A DNA stretch of 64,000 bases. Source: Nitrosopumilus sp. (GTDB lineage Archaea; Thermoproteota; Nitrososphaeria; Nitrososphaerales; Nitrosopumilaceae). Each line of letters starts with the position of its first letter. Within the stretch, counting starts at the first letter, position 1. Below the pieces are notes generated by a model. That model was not told the origin of the DNA. It searched no databases and worked only from the letters and a program-made list of their open reading frames with translations. Shown here piece by piece: positions 40,198 through 49,994 of the stretch. The position numbers were made by a program, and so were the translations under genes. The DNA lies in assembly GCA_965214775.1 (NCBI GenBank), contig OZ243974.1, positions 160,001-224,000 on the forward strand. Reading direction: 5' to 3'.

Positions 40198-40572
40198 GGC
40201 ATAGATGCCGCCGTGCTGCTAAAAAACCTGCTGTCGTGTGATCCTTCCAGGCCTGCACGAAAACGATTCCTCCACGGCGCCTAACGTGAAAGGGAGCACG
40301 CAGCTCGAAGCCATATGTCGGATCTGCCTTCATCCCCGCCTGTCAGTGGCAAGCCGGATGGGCATGCCGGATAGCTTGCTGTCATCTTGAACGTGACAGC
40401 GGCCGAATTCGACATGCCTCAGAAACCTGCAAAAAACCCCGGGGCCTGCCGGCGTACTCCCGAGCACGGATCCACGCAGGTCAAAGACTGGATTTGCTGG
40501 CCTTCTGCACCCGTCAGCATCCGTTTCAGATGCCAATCCAACCATCAACGATACCTGCATCGTATCATGCTG

Positions 40573-43407
40573 CTACGATTTCCTGCATTCCCTGCACCAG
40601 GACTGCGGCCTGATCATCCCGTCCACGTTCCGAAACCCGAACTCTTTTTCAATCTCTTGTCTGGAGTCGGCAGTCTTGTTGCACTTGGGGCACTTTGCGT
40701 GCTCTCTTGCAGACACAACGGTCTTTGCATGACTGCCGATTATGCCCCTGACCTCCGAGGGGTGAAACGCCACGTCCCACGTCCATGTCCCGTAGTTTCC
40801 GTCCTCGTTCACTGCCTCCGTCCAGTCCTTTAGAAATCTGCGCTTTGTCCTGTTCTGCTCACTGTCCTTTCCCTTTATTTCAAGAACCAGCATTACGCCG
40901 TTTTCAAGCCTTATCAGAAAGTCCGGCCAATAGTCGTGAACCACGCCGTTGTACACGTATTTGATTCCAAATCCAATATGGTCGTTTTTTGCCCAGGATA
41001 TCACGTTTTTGTTCCTGTCCATCTCCTGTTCTGCACCAAGCTCCCAGTCGGAGTCATGAGGTGCTAGGTTCATGTGGGATTTTTTCGGGTGTTCTGTGGG
41101 CTTTTTTGTGTGCCACGGGCGCATGTCTGCTGTAGATTTTATCGGTTTTGCATGGTTGATGTGAATCCTCCTCTTCTTGACGTTGTGGTGTGTGATTGCC
41201 CCCCACACATGGTTGATCACCTTTTGCATGTTAAACATGATGGTTATCTTTGTGCGAAGTTTGTCCTCGGTATCCGTGACATGGATATTGCCTGAATCTA
41301 CAAACTCCTCTATTATCCTGACCACCTGAGCCAGAAGAAACTCCCTGTTTCCCTTCCAGTCAGGGACGATCTGGTCGTACACGTCCTTTGCAGATATGAA
41401 CAGTATTCTCTGCATTCTGATATCACGGCCTGTCTTAGCTAGGTCAATATCGGACATCTTGTCCACGTCCGGCTTTCCGTCAAGCACTTGGGCCATTCCA
41501 ACGGTGGTGGCCCTGAGGTCGCCGCGCAGCTCCAGATTGCTCACCTTTATCCAGTCCACTTCAAGTCTTGGATCGTACTCGATGTCTATTCTGTCTATGT
41601 TTGGCCAGGCTATCATGTGTTCTGTCTTGTTCGGATCGGGCTCTATCAGACTGGTGGGCCGTTCTGGAGGCGGCGGCGTTCCGGTTCCTCCCTCGTGTGG
41701 AAGAAAGGTAAACGGCACGCCAAACACATTGACATACTCTGGAGGGAACAGTTTTGTTTCGGGATCTATCTCATACGATGTCCTGCGCAGTCCCCGTCCC
41801 ACCACCTGTTCACACAACAGCTGGCTTGAAAATGCCCTCAGTCCCATGATGTGGGTCACGTTTCTTGCATCCCAGCCTTCTGACAGCATTTGCACTGCTA
41901 CTATGTTCCGTATCTGCTCGCCTGCCCTTCCCTTCTTGCCTACGGTGTCCACCACCTCCCTTAGATCCGCGGCATCGTCGGACTCGCCTTCGCCGGCCTT
42001 GTCAAGCACGCTCGAATCTATGTGCAACAGGTGTTCTTTGGCCGAGAGGCCCTTCAGGTCAAACCGGTTATGCTCAAAGGAGTACCTGACCCTTGCCGCC
42101 GTATGCGTCTTGTTGCATACGGTGATCATCACGGGCGGGACAGGGGAATTGTGCTTGTCCCATACCTTCTTTGTCTCGATCCAGTCCTGCCCGAGAAGAA
42201 AGTATGCGTTTGCCACGAGATCAGGAAGCTTTTCGTGTTCTTTTGCATTTCTGTTTAGATCTGGCTTTACCTCGTCGTCCCTGTATATGTGGTAGAACCT
42301 TGAGCGGTATTGCTCGTCAAAGCTGTTGGTATCGTCCCTGATTGCTATCTTAGGAGTCTTTGTGAGACCTGACTCTATTGCATCATTGAGGGAAAAGTCC
42401 GACACTATCCAGTCAAAGAGCGTCTCCTCTGTGACGTTTTTTCCAGACGGGATAAACGGGGTGGCTGAAAAGTCAAAGCAATGCGTGATGTTTCGGGACT
42501 TGTGAATCCTGTCCAATCCCTCGATCCAACGCTTGTCCCGCTCTGCCTCCGTAGCTGATATACCCTTTGCCTGCTCTTCTGTGCCGCGATACGCGTGGTG
42601 CGCCTCGTCGTTGATAACTACTATGTTCCTGAGGTCATGTCCCAGAATGCGTTTGGCAAACACATGGTCACTTTCCTCCCCAAGCTTGACTACGCTTCGC
42701 GGCGCGTCGGTCTGTGGCATCAGCGTATGCCAGTTGTGTATGCTTATCCTGCCGCTCCGCATCCTCTCGCGATATGACTCTGGCACGATGTCAAACTGGT
42801 CATAAAAGTTATCCTCGTGCGTTGGAATCAGAACCTGCAGCCTTGACCTTACGGTCAGGCCCGGCGCCATGACCAGCACGTGTTTTGAAAACCTAGAATC
42901 CTGCGGATATGTGGCCTTGTTGAGTACCTGCCATGCTATTGCCATGGCCATGACCACCGTCTTTCCCGTGCCTGTGGCCATCTTGCAGCACAGCCTCCTG
43001 AAGAGGCCGCCATCAGAGGGTATATTGATTCCCTGCTTTTCATGGTCTGATGCCTCAACAAGCCAGATGAGCGTCTCTATGGCCTCCAGTTGGCAGAAAA
43101 AGAACCTGTTCCCCCTCACGTTCTCATCATTCCAGAAATTGAGCAGGTTTCTCGTGATGCCGGTAATCCCGGGATAGCCGTTCTCCCTCCAGGAATCTAC
43201 CCTGTCCCGTATCTGGTTTACAAGCGCGATCTCATGGAACTCGCCTGGGTCGTCATAATCTTGGCTGTCCTTGGACGCGATAAGAAACCCCGCAGGCCTC
43301 CTGCTGTACTCTTTTCCAAATCTTCTTCTGGAGCGGTCGTACCTCCAGTGGCACAAGGGCTTTTCATACGGGTTGCATATTATGAGATCGTCTATTTGAG
43401 ACATCAT
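40573..43407 (-). CDS. res: type III restriction endonuclease Res subunit
   Basis: KMATGTGKT, DEAHH, FSATP, EGWD, QVVGRGLR, YWPDF...LEIKG nuclease; extra C-terminal CPKC...CREC. Confidence 0.9.
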   Translation of the reverse strand: MMSQIDDLIICNPYEKPLCHWRYDRSRRRFGKEYSRRPAGFLIASKDSQDYDDPGEFHEIALVNQIRDRVDSWRENGYPGITGITRNLLNFWNDENVRGNRFFFCQLEAIETLIWLVEASDHEKQGINIPSDGGLFRRLCCKMATGTGKTVVMAMAIAWQVLNKATYPQDSRFSKHVLVMAPGLTVRSRLQVLIPTHEDNFYDQFDIVPESYRERMRSGRISIHNWHTLMPQTDAPRSVVKLGEESDHVFAKRILGHDLRNIVVINDEAHHAYRGTEEQAKGISATEAERDKRWIEGLDRIHKSRNITHCFDFSATPFIPSGKNVTEETLFDWIVSDFSLNDAIESGLTKTPKIAIRDDTNSFDEQYRSRFYHIYRDDEVKPDLNRNAKEHEKLPDLVANAYFLLGQDWIETKKVWDKHNSPVPPVMITVCNKTHTAARVRYSFEHNRFDLKGLSAKEHLLHIDSSVLDKAGEGESDDAADLREVVDTVGKKGRAGEQIRNIVAVQMLSEGWDARNVTHIMGLRAFSSQLLCEQVVGRGLRRTSYEIDPETKLFPPEYVNVFGVPFTFLPHEGGTGTPPPPERPTSLIEPDPNKTEHMIAWPNIDRIDIEYDPRLEVDWIKVSNLELRGDLRATTVGMAQVLDGKPDVDKMSDIDLAKTGRDIRMQRILFISAKDVYDQIVPDWKGNREFLLAQVVRIIEEFVDSGNIHVTDTEDKLRTKITIMFNMQKVINHVWGAITHHNVKKRRIHINHAKPIKSTADMRPWHTKKPTEHPKKSHMNLAPHDSDWELGAEQEMDRNKNVISWAKNDHIGFGIKYVYNGVVHDYWPDFLIRLENGVMLVLEIKGKDSEQNRTKRRFLKDWTEAVNEDGNYGTWTWDVAFHPSEVRGIIGSHAKTVVSAREHAKCPKCNKTADSRQEIEKEFGFRNVDGMIRPQSWCRECRKS

Positions 43408-45923
43408 TCCAGCCGTATTATCTTCAGCGACTCTATTCCGCGATCGTCAATTATCTTTACCGCCGCCCTTTTGTTTGGACCCGCCTCAAACGGGATTGAC
43501 TCGGTTCCACGATACTTTTCGATCAACTTGTCGTCTATCTGTGCATGCAGGGTTTTGGCAAGCCTGCTCCACCCACCCGTATTTCCGTCCAGCGGGAAGA
43601 AGACCTGCTGCGGATAGACGCTCCTACCGTCATAATCCGTATCAAGCATCCACATGGCAATCTTTGACGATCCGCCGGATTCTATTACCCCTGTCTTTGT
43701 ATTGTAATAGTCAAAGCCGTTGACCTTGACGATGTATTTGTCATCGTTGGTTTTTTCCAGATCTACGTCAGGCTGGCCCATCAACCAAAACGACTCGTTG
43801 CTTGAGCGTTTCTTCTTGAGATCTTCTGTCAACAAATCCTTACTCATTTCCACCTTCAGTATGGTGGCATCTGGCCAATTGGTTTCGTCAATGTCCTTTG
43901 CGGCCTCCGGATCAAACTGCATTGCGGCAAATATTATCATTTCAGGTTTTGGCGCCAAGGTTAGTGCCTCCTCTATTGCGAGTGCTACCTGCCTCTGCTC
44001 TAATGGAGCATGCTCGGGCCCAAAAGAGATCATCACGCGCTTTGGTTCGTCCTCTTTTGTCTCGGCATCTGCGTGCAGCCATCTTGTTGCAGGATGCGTT
44101 TCCACCCTACTGAACTCTATCTTCTGACCAGACTTTCCACGTATGCCAGTCTTTAGCAGCTCATCACGCCATTGATGTTGGTGTGTGGTTGTTATGTTTT
44201 CTGTATTTTGGTCTGATTGTAGATCTTGAAAAGATAGGAGATCAAGTGATTTTATTGTTGGTGCTGGTACTGCTTCCACAGTGAACGGGCCAGCGATTCT
44301 AGTTTTTGTTTTGTCTATTTTTGGTTTATCATATAGTGTGACAAGCTCGCCTTTACTGTTCTGTGCAACAGATGACATTGTCTTATTCTCTATGCTTTCA
44401 TAATCAAATCCATCTGAAACACTTGTGTTTGGATTATGCAGCTTAAAAAACGGGTAAAAAGCAGTTATTAATCTCTGCTTCGTTAATGTTATTGCAATTC
44501 TTGAAGTATCACAGGTAATCCATCTCCGCCCATAATATTCTGCACTGTATGCAGTGGTGCCACTGCCACAAGTCGGATCAAAAACTAAATCTCCAGGATC
44601 TGTAGTCATTAAAATGCATCGAGAAATAACATTGGTTGAAGTTTGCACAACATATTTCATTTCTATTTCGCCACGCACATCTAACCATAAACTAGTAATT
44701 GTAGAATAAGGAAAATCACTTAGATATTTTTTATAAATCCTCAAACCTTCTTTTCGTAACAAACGTCCCTTATCCCACAAATTTTTAACTCCTAGGACGC
44801 CTACTCCCCAATGTGCATTATTTCCACATTTTAAAACGAAGGTTTTTCCATCATGTTTTAATTTGATAGGCTCAGAGTTGTTTTTAGAATAACCCGGCGA
44901 AATAATAGGCCAAGTTGCAAAAACCTGCGCATTTTTTGGTAATGTTGACTGATTAATAATTTCTTTATCTGATATTTTTCTAATTGTGCCATCATTTAAT
45001 TCTACATTGGTAAATTCTTTAGCACCTTCACCACCGATTTTCTTTCTAAAATATAACTTATGAAATTTGATCTTTGTTTTATCCTTAGCATACCAAACTA
45101 GATAGTCATAGGTAGTTGATAATAACTTTGTACTTTCACTACCTGTTTTCCTAAATATTATGGTAGTACAAAAATTCTCTCTCCCAAAAACTTCATCTAA
45201 AATGTTTCTAATATATTGCACATTTTTTTCTGATATTTGTACAAAAACACTACCACTTTCAGTTAGTAAAAGTTTTGATAAAGTTAGTCTATCCCGTAGA
45301 TATGACAGATATGAATGGATCTCTAGTTCCCATGTATCCCTGAATGCCTTTATCATTTCAGGTTCTTGTGTCAGGTCAGCATCATTTCCATCCTTAACAT
45401 TCCGCTTGTTTACAAACGGCTGAAAGTTGGAACCATATTTGATGCCATATGGCGGATCTATGTATATCATCTGAACCTTTCCCTCCATACCTTCTTTTTC
45501 CAACAGTGAGTTCATTACAAGTAGTGAGTCTCCGGCAATCAACCGATTCGACCAGTTCTGGTCGTGTTTGTAAAACTCTACTGCGTCTCTCAGTGGAGGA
45601 TTGCTGTCTGAAGTTTCAAAGTAGTGAAATAACGTGTGTTGTGTTTCCTGTTTATTCTTCATTGCCTTTTCAAGGATCGTGTGTGGATCGATCCTTTCAT
45701 GCACATGTAGAGAAACCGTGTCCACCTCAAACTCCGTGTTTTCTTGCTTGCCTGACCACTGCAGTTGTGGATCCAACCTTGGGTCATACGAGTATTTTTT
45801 TCGGGGCTGGTCAGGATCCGTCTGTGGCGTAACCAGTCCGACCGGCGGATTGTTTGGCCGCTTTTTGTTTTTGTGCGTGTATTGGTCTACTGACTCTTTT
45901 TTCAGTTTTGCCTTTCTTGCCAA
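43404..45923 (-). CDS. mod: type III m6A methyltransferase Mod subunit
   Basis: YIDPPY catalytic motif precedes DPTCGSGTT (beta class); overlaps res start. Confidence 0.92.
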   Translation of the reverse strand: MARKAKLKKESVDQYTHKNKKRPNNPPVGLVTPQTDPDQPRKKYSYDPRLDPQLQWSGKQENTEFEVDTVSLHVHERIDPHTILEKAMKNKQETQHTLFHYFETSDSNPPLRDAVEFYKHDQNWSNRLIAGDSLLVMNSLLEKEGMEGKVQMIYIDPPYGIKYGSNFQPFVNKRNVKDGNDADLTQEPEMIKAFRDTWELEIHSYLSYLRDRLTLSKLLLTESGSVFVQISEKNVQYIRNILDEVFGRENFCTTIIFRKTGSESTKLLSTTYDYLVWYAKDKTKIKFHKLYFRKKIGGEGAKEFTNVELNDGTIRKISDKEIINQSTLPKNAQVFATWPIISPGYSKNNSEPIKLKHDGKTFVLKCGNNAHWGVGVLGVKNLWDKGRLLRKEGLRIYKKYLSDFPYSTITSLWLDVRGEIEMKYVVQTSTNVISRCILMTTDPGDLVFDPTCGSGTTAYSAEYYGRRWITCDTSRIAITLTKQRLITAFYPFFKLHNPNTSVSDGFDYESIENKTMSSVAQNSKGELVTLYDKPKIDKTKTRIAGPFTVEAVPAPTIKSLDLLSFQDLQSDQNTENITTTHQHQWRDELLKTGIRGKSGQKIEFSRVETHPATRWLHADAETKEDEPKRVMISFGPEHAPLEQRQVALAIEEALTLAPKPEMIIFAAMQFDPEAAKDIDETNWPDATILKVEMSKDLLTEDLKKKRSSNESFWLMGQPDVDLEKTNDDKYIVKVNGFDYYNTKTGVIESGGSSKIAMWMLDTDYDGRSVYPQQVFFPLDGNTGGWSRLAKTLHAQIDDKLIEKYRGTESIPFEAGPNKRAAVKIIDDRGIESLKIIRLE

Positions 45924-46029
45924 CTGCTTACCGCCCCGTCAAAAGTCTCATCAGAGTTTGATCGTCAAAACTGTATGTATCTTGTATATATCTTATAGCT
46001 AACGTGTAATAATTCAGAAAAGTGCAGGC

Positions 46030-46326
46030 GTGACTCAGCTACAGGATACGTACATGAAGAAGGATTTGGATGTACAACTTGGCATGGTCAAGGGGAGCAA
46101 ACATAGAAAGAGCGTGTTGGTGGCAATAGTGGATGGGCCACTGTGTCCCAAGGAGATCTCGGAGAAGGTCGGCTATTATCCCAGCCACGTGAGCAAAGCC
46201 TTGTCTGAATTGAGCAATCAAGGCCTGGTCGTGTGCAAGAACCCCGATGCCAGAAAGGGAAGGCTGTATCGCCTTACAAAAGACGGGGAATCCATCTGTG
46301 CCATGCTGTCCAATTGTGACAAGTGA
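46030..46326 (+). CDS. MarR/ArsR winged-HTH regulator divergent from mod
   Basis: PKEISEKVG...HVSKALSELSNQGLV...RKGRLYRLT. Confidence 0.82.
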   Translation: MTQLQDTYMKKDLDVQLGMVKGSKHRKSVLVAIVDGPLCPKEISEKVGYYPSHVSKALSELSNQGLVVCKNPDARKGRLYRLTKDGESICAMLSNCDK

Positions 46327-46352
46327 CTGCCTGCAAGACAGCCGCAGCCGGC

Positions 46353-46643
46353 CTATCTTGCCCTTGAGGAGGCCTGGTCTATCATGCCACCTATTTTTTT
46401 GAGCCGTCCTGCGATGTACTTTTGCCTCTCGCTTTTTGAAAAGTACCCGGCGCGCCCCAGCATGTCGTCCAGATATTTTGAGAGCACCCTATCAAAGTTT
46501 TTGTCTATGATCCGCGCGGCCTTGTGCAGGTTCTGCACGTTCAGGTTCTCCAGATCGTCCCTTCTTCCAAGAAAGTACTGCGAGTTGCCTGCCAGCAGGT
46601 ACAGGTACTCGACCCCCTGCCTCTTTCTTATGAACACGCCCAT
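46353..46643 (-). CDS. small basic protein divergent from integrase (possible excisionase/regulator)
   Basis: IRKRQGVEYLYL...YFLGR beta-hairpin motif; position next to integrase. Confidence 0.6.
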   Translation of the reverse strand: MGVFIRKRQGVEYLYLLAGNSQYFLGRRDDLENLNVQNLHKAARIIDKNFDRVLSKYLDDMLGRAGYFSKSERQKYIAGRLKKIGGMIDQASSRAR

Positions 46644-46712
46644 GATACCACTGTATCATGTGACATGATAAATCTTTAAATAAAGCTTTGTATCATGTAA
46701 CATGATACAAAG
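46641..46712. promoter_or_regulatory. palindromic operator cluster (TATCATG-N3-CATGATA)
   Basis: tatcatgtgacatgata and ctttgtatcatgtaacatgatacaaag flanking TTTAAATA. Confidence 0.7.
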
Positions 46713-47969
46713 ATGACCGGCTTTAAAGGTAAAATAGCAGCGTGTGGGATACACAACGAGGATGAAGTCGCCGAGAGGCCGACCGATATGGGAAAAACAA
46801 AGACAGTCAAAAAGACAGACACTGCTAAAAACACAAAGACATCCGTGCTCCTGTCTGATCCAGACGTGAGCCGATGGTACAACAACCTTGCACGGGGCAG
46901 CCCGTACACGGCAAGCAGGGGCCTTGGCATACTAGGAAGGTTCTGCGAGATGCACCATATGACGCCCAGGGAGCTTGCAGATCTTGCAATGAGGGACGTC
47001 AGGACGGCAACTGATTTACTGGAGGACCACGTCACCATGATGGAGTCAAAGAACTATTCTCCCGGGTACGTTGCAAACCACGTAAAGACCGCAAAGTCGT
47101 GGCTGAGGCACTTTGACGTCGAGATCAGGCGCCGGATAAAGATATCTGCGATGGGTCCGGCGCCGGTCCTCGAAAACGAGAGGGTTCCAAACGCCGCCGA
47201 GATGGCCGAGATATACAGTCGTGCAGGACTGCGCGAGTCTGTCATAATATCACTGATGGCAAAGGCGGGGCTGCGGCCTGAGGTCATAGGCAACTATGAC
47301 GGGACAAACGGCCTTCAGATGCGGGATCTTCCCGATATAGTCACGTACAGGGGCGAGACCAGATGCGTCAGGGCGCCGTGCATGATAGTGGTCCGGAGGA
47401 CCCTCTCCAAGGCGCGCCACCAGTACTTTACATTCCTGACGGGGAGCGCGACCGGGCAGATAACTGCGTACCTCAACGACAGGATTGCGCACGGCGAGTC
47501 GCTGCACGATGACTCGCCTGTGATCTCGCCGGATCACTTGCACAGGACGAGCCGCGGGAAGAACTCTTCCAAGGACTTTCTTCCGACGGCCCGGGTAAGC
47601 AAGCTGGTTCGCCAGACGTTCCGGCCGAGGTTCTCCTGGAGGCCATACGTGCTGCGCGCGTACTTTGACACGCAGCTGCTCATAGCAGAGGCCAAGGGCA
47701 AGATGGCGCACGACTTTAGGGTGTTCTTCATGGGACACAAGGGAAGCATGGAGGCCCGGTACACCACCAACAAGGGCGTGCTGCCCGAGGTCCTGGTGGC
47801 CGAGATGCGCCAGGCCTTTGGCCGCTCCGAGGAGCATTTGGATCAGAGCGAGGCAGCAGATCCCCTAGTAGAGCAGAGGGAGAGGGCGCAGCAGATGATC
47901 ACCGAGGCCACGCCGGAGCAGATTGGCCGCGTGCTAGAGGCACTAAGCGTGCCGGCAATACGGGCCTAG
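46713..47969 (+). CDS. tyrosine recombinase/integrase (start possibly ATG 46788)
   Basis: GLRPE (R), YVLRAYF, FMGH, ARYT (Y) catalytic residues. Confidence 0.92.
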   Translation: MTGFKGKIAACGIHNEDEVAERPTDMGKTKTVKKTDTAKNTKTSVLLSDPDVSRWYNNLARGSPYTASRGLGILGRFCEMHHMTPRELADLAMRDVRTATDLLEDHVTMMESKNYSPGYVANHVKTAKSWLRHFDVEIRRRIKISAMGPAPVLENERVPNAAEMAEIYSRAGLRESVIISLMAKAGLRPEVIGNYDGTNGLQMRDLPDIVTYRGETRCVRAPCMIVVRRTLSKARHQYFTFLTGSATGQITAYLNDRIAHGESLHDDSPVISPDHLHRTSRGKNSSKDFLPTARVSKLVRQTFRPRFSWRPYVLRAYFDTQLLIAEAKGKMAHDFRVFFMGHKGSMEARYTTNKGVLPEVLVAEMRQAFGRSEEHLDQSEAADPLVEQRERAQQMITEATPEQIGRVLEALSVPAIRA

Positions 47970-48116
47970 CCAGGTTGTGGCCGACGAAGGTGATGCCGAG
48001 GAGCTGATATCCAAAGGATGCAGGTTCGTCGGCGTGCTGCCTAACGGCAGGATCGTGCTGGAAAAGCCGGACGTGAACCCGCAGTAAGTTCACATCTGGG
48101 AAGACTGACTGTTTGT

Positions 48117-48237
48117 CAATCTTCCCAGACGTACCCGACTCGCGGTGATCTAGGAGACGGCATGTGGATCTGCAGGCAGCCTAATCTGAATTGCGTCAAA
48201 TTTGGAGCCGTTTTACGGGGAGCTTTTGGGAAGACTG
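48117..48237 (+). mobile_element. MITE family C (diverged)
   Basis: 121 bp; caatcttcccag...gggaagactg; gatctgcaggc and ggagccgtttt core. Confidence 0.8.
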
Positions 48238-48285
48238 GCTTGTCAGAGAAGGTACATATAGGAACATATGCCACATATGGCACAT

Positions 48286-48525
48286 ATGGAACCAACTACC
48301 AGCATTGCAGTCTCTAAAGAATCAAAAGAGGCGTGGGAAAAATTCAAGAATTATCCTGACGAATCAATGGAGAATATGATTAACCGCATCCTAAAGCACC
48401 AAAGGGAGGAGGATGAGGAATTGCTCACAGGAAAGGAGATTGCCGAAATAAAGGCATCCGCTACAGAGATTGAGCAAGGCAACTACAAAACTCAGGAACA
48501 AATGAAAGAAAAATACGGGCTGTAA
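48286..48525 (+). CDS. putative antitoxin (RHH-like N-terminus, acidic tail)
   Basis: MEPTTSIAVSKE...PDESMENMINRIL; upstream of RelE; repeated acatatg operator-like motifs at 48254-48289. Confidence 0.72.
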   Translation: MEPTTSIAVSKESKEAWEKFKNYPDESMENMINRILKHQREEDEELLTGKEIAEIKASATEIEQGNYKTQEQMKEKYGL

Positions 48526-48526
48526 T

Positions 48527-48786
48527 TTGACAGTTGTTTGGGAGATTACCTACTCCGTCCGAGCACAAAAGGATCTAGATCGTATCGGTACGGGCATCGC
48601 AAAGAGGGTGATCTTGCTGATGGATGAAATTGCATCTGACCCTTACGGAATGCTTGAAAAAATGACAAACTCGCCATTTTATAAATTCCGCATTGGCCAG
48701 TATCGCGGGATGTTGACATTGTAAACCACAAGCTGATCCTTCATGTGATCAAAATAAAACACCGATCACAAGTCTACAAAAGATAA
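48527..48786 (+). pseudogene. RelE/StbE toxin, frameshifted
   Basis: WEITYSVRAQKDL...YKFRIGQYRG, then continues in another frame VDIVNHKLILHVIKIKHRSQVYKR*. Confidence 0.8.
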
Positions 48787-48796
48787 TCTCGTAACA

Positions 48797-48917
48797 CAGT
48801 CTTCCCAGAAGCATCACATAAAATTATCCCGGGCCAGAAACAATTCAAATATGGCTGCCTGCAGATTCGCATGTTCCCTCCTGCACCGCCACAAGTCGGT
48901 CACTTCTGGGAAGACTG
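48797..48917 (-). mobile_element. MITE family C (reverse, diverged)
   Basis: 121 bp, TIR cagtcttcccagaag/cttctgggaagactg. Confidence 0.85.
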
Positions 48918-49027
48918 GCATTCATCTAAATGAAAAGCACCATGAAATCGAGTAAAACAGAAACTGGACAGGAGGCAGGACGCCTCAATAGCAAGGCAAA
49001 ACAGCAAATCTCATTTGTGTTTTACTT

Positions 49028-49150
49028 CAGTACTTCCTAGGTGTGTTTTTGCAGACCCGGCACTGCATAGCCGCTAATTTCGTTTACGCATAAGGTCTTC
49101 TCCAAATTACGTAATTACCGTGCCTGTAAAAGTACACTTGGGAAGTACTG
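49028..49150 (+). mobile_element. MITE family C2 (123 bp)
   Basis: TIR cagtacttcctaggtgt/acacttgggaagtactg; ACTT duplication; twin at 61620. Confidence 0.9.
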
Positions 49151-49334
49151 ACTTGGCTGGCATTACACCGCAGCAACGCCAAGTAATTAAAACTGACTTG
49201 AGTCAAGAGGCCTTGCTTACACTCAAGGTTTGCTTCTGCAGAAGACTTGACGGTGTAAAAACCAAGTCAAAGTTGTTGAAAAGGGCTCGTCAGAACTGCT
49301 TTGAGATTTTTATAAAGGGATTCCTAGATTTCTT

Positions 49335-49994
49335 ATGATGAAAGTGCTATTTGCAGCGACAGCAGCAGTAGTTTTTTTGTCCGTTGCGCTTTTGCCGGCT
49401 GTTTATGCAGAACCGGCCGTTTTGATAAAATTAGAAAAATCGGTTTATGGTTACTGTGAAAAATTGTTCTACGTAATTGAGGTTTCAGAAGTTACAGGAG
49501 ATCCTGCAATAATTCACATCAGAGATGACGCAGGAAAAGGAAGCAGTGCAATTCCAATTCCAATTGTCGCACTTGAAAACCCCGTTCCATCACTAGTTCC
49601 TTTTGAAAAAGAAGTTTTTCCCTTGGGCAAGTATTACATTGATGTGGAATATTCAGGACAAAAAACCATGGCAGAATTTGAACTGATTGATCTTGAAAAA
49701 AAATGTTTTCCAAATGCAGTTAATATTTTTATAATGGAATGGCATTACGGGAAAATTCCAGACGGGTTCCTGATTGACGCATTTCAAAAGCAAGTAGACA
49801 AAGAATTGATAAGGATTCCATTTGAAATTACTGAGAATAACATTTACAGTGTCAAGATTCCAAGCTGGGTAAAAGATTCAACGGGATGGTGGCTAGAAGG
49901 GATGATAACAGATGAAGAGTTGGCCAACATGATGAACTATTTGATGAAAGAGAAAATAATTTCCAACTCAGCAGAAACAGGAAACAACATATGA
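49335..49994 (+). CDS. secreted protein with thaumarchaeal IPxWxK..GWW C-terminal domain
   Basis: Signal peptide; IPSWVKDSTGWWLEGMITDEE. Confidence 0.8.
   Translation: MMKVLFAATAAVVFLSVALLPAVYAEPAVLIKLEKSVYGYCEKLFYVIEVSEVTGDPAIIHIRDDAGKGSSAIPIPIVALENPVPSLVPFEKEVFPLGKYYIDVEYSGQKTMAEFELIDLEKKCFPNAVNIFIMEWHYGKIPDGFLIDAFQKQVDKELIRIPFEITENNIYSVKIPSWVKDSTGWWLEGMITDEELANMMNYLMKEKIISNSAETGNNI

Larger units (their letters stand above)
38335..48105. mobile_element. GC-rich integrative element carrying type III R-M
   Basis: Integrase at right end, 467-bp direct repeats at both ends, visibly higher GC than the backbone. Confidence 0.75.

Noticed and set aside
48091-49150. Integron-like cassette array downstream of the integrase
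   Set aside because: The repeats have TIRs and 4-5-bp target duplications elsewhere, occur in both orientations and lack attC R-box consensus, so they are better explained as MITEs.
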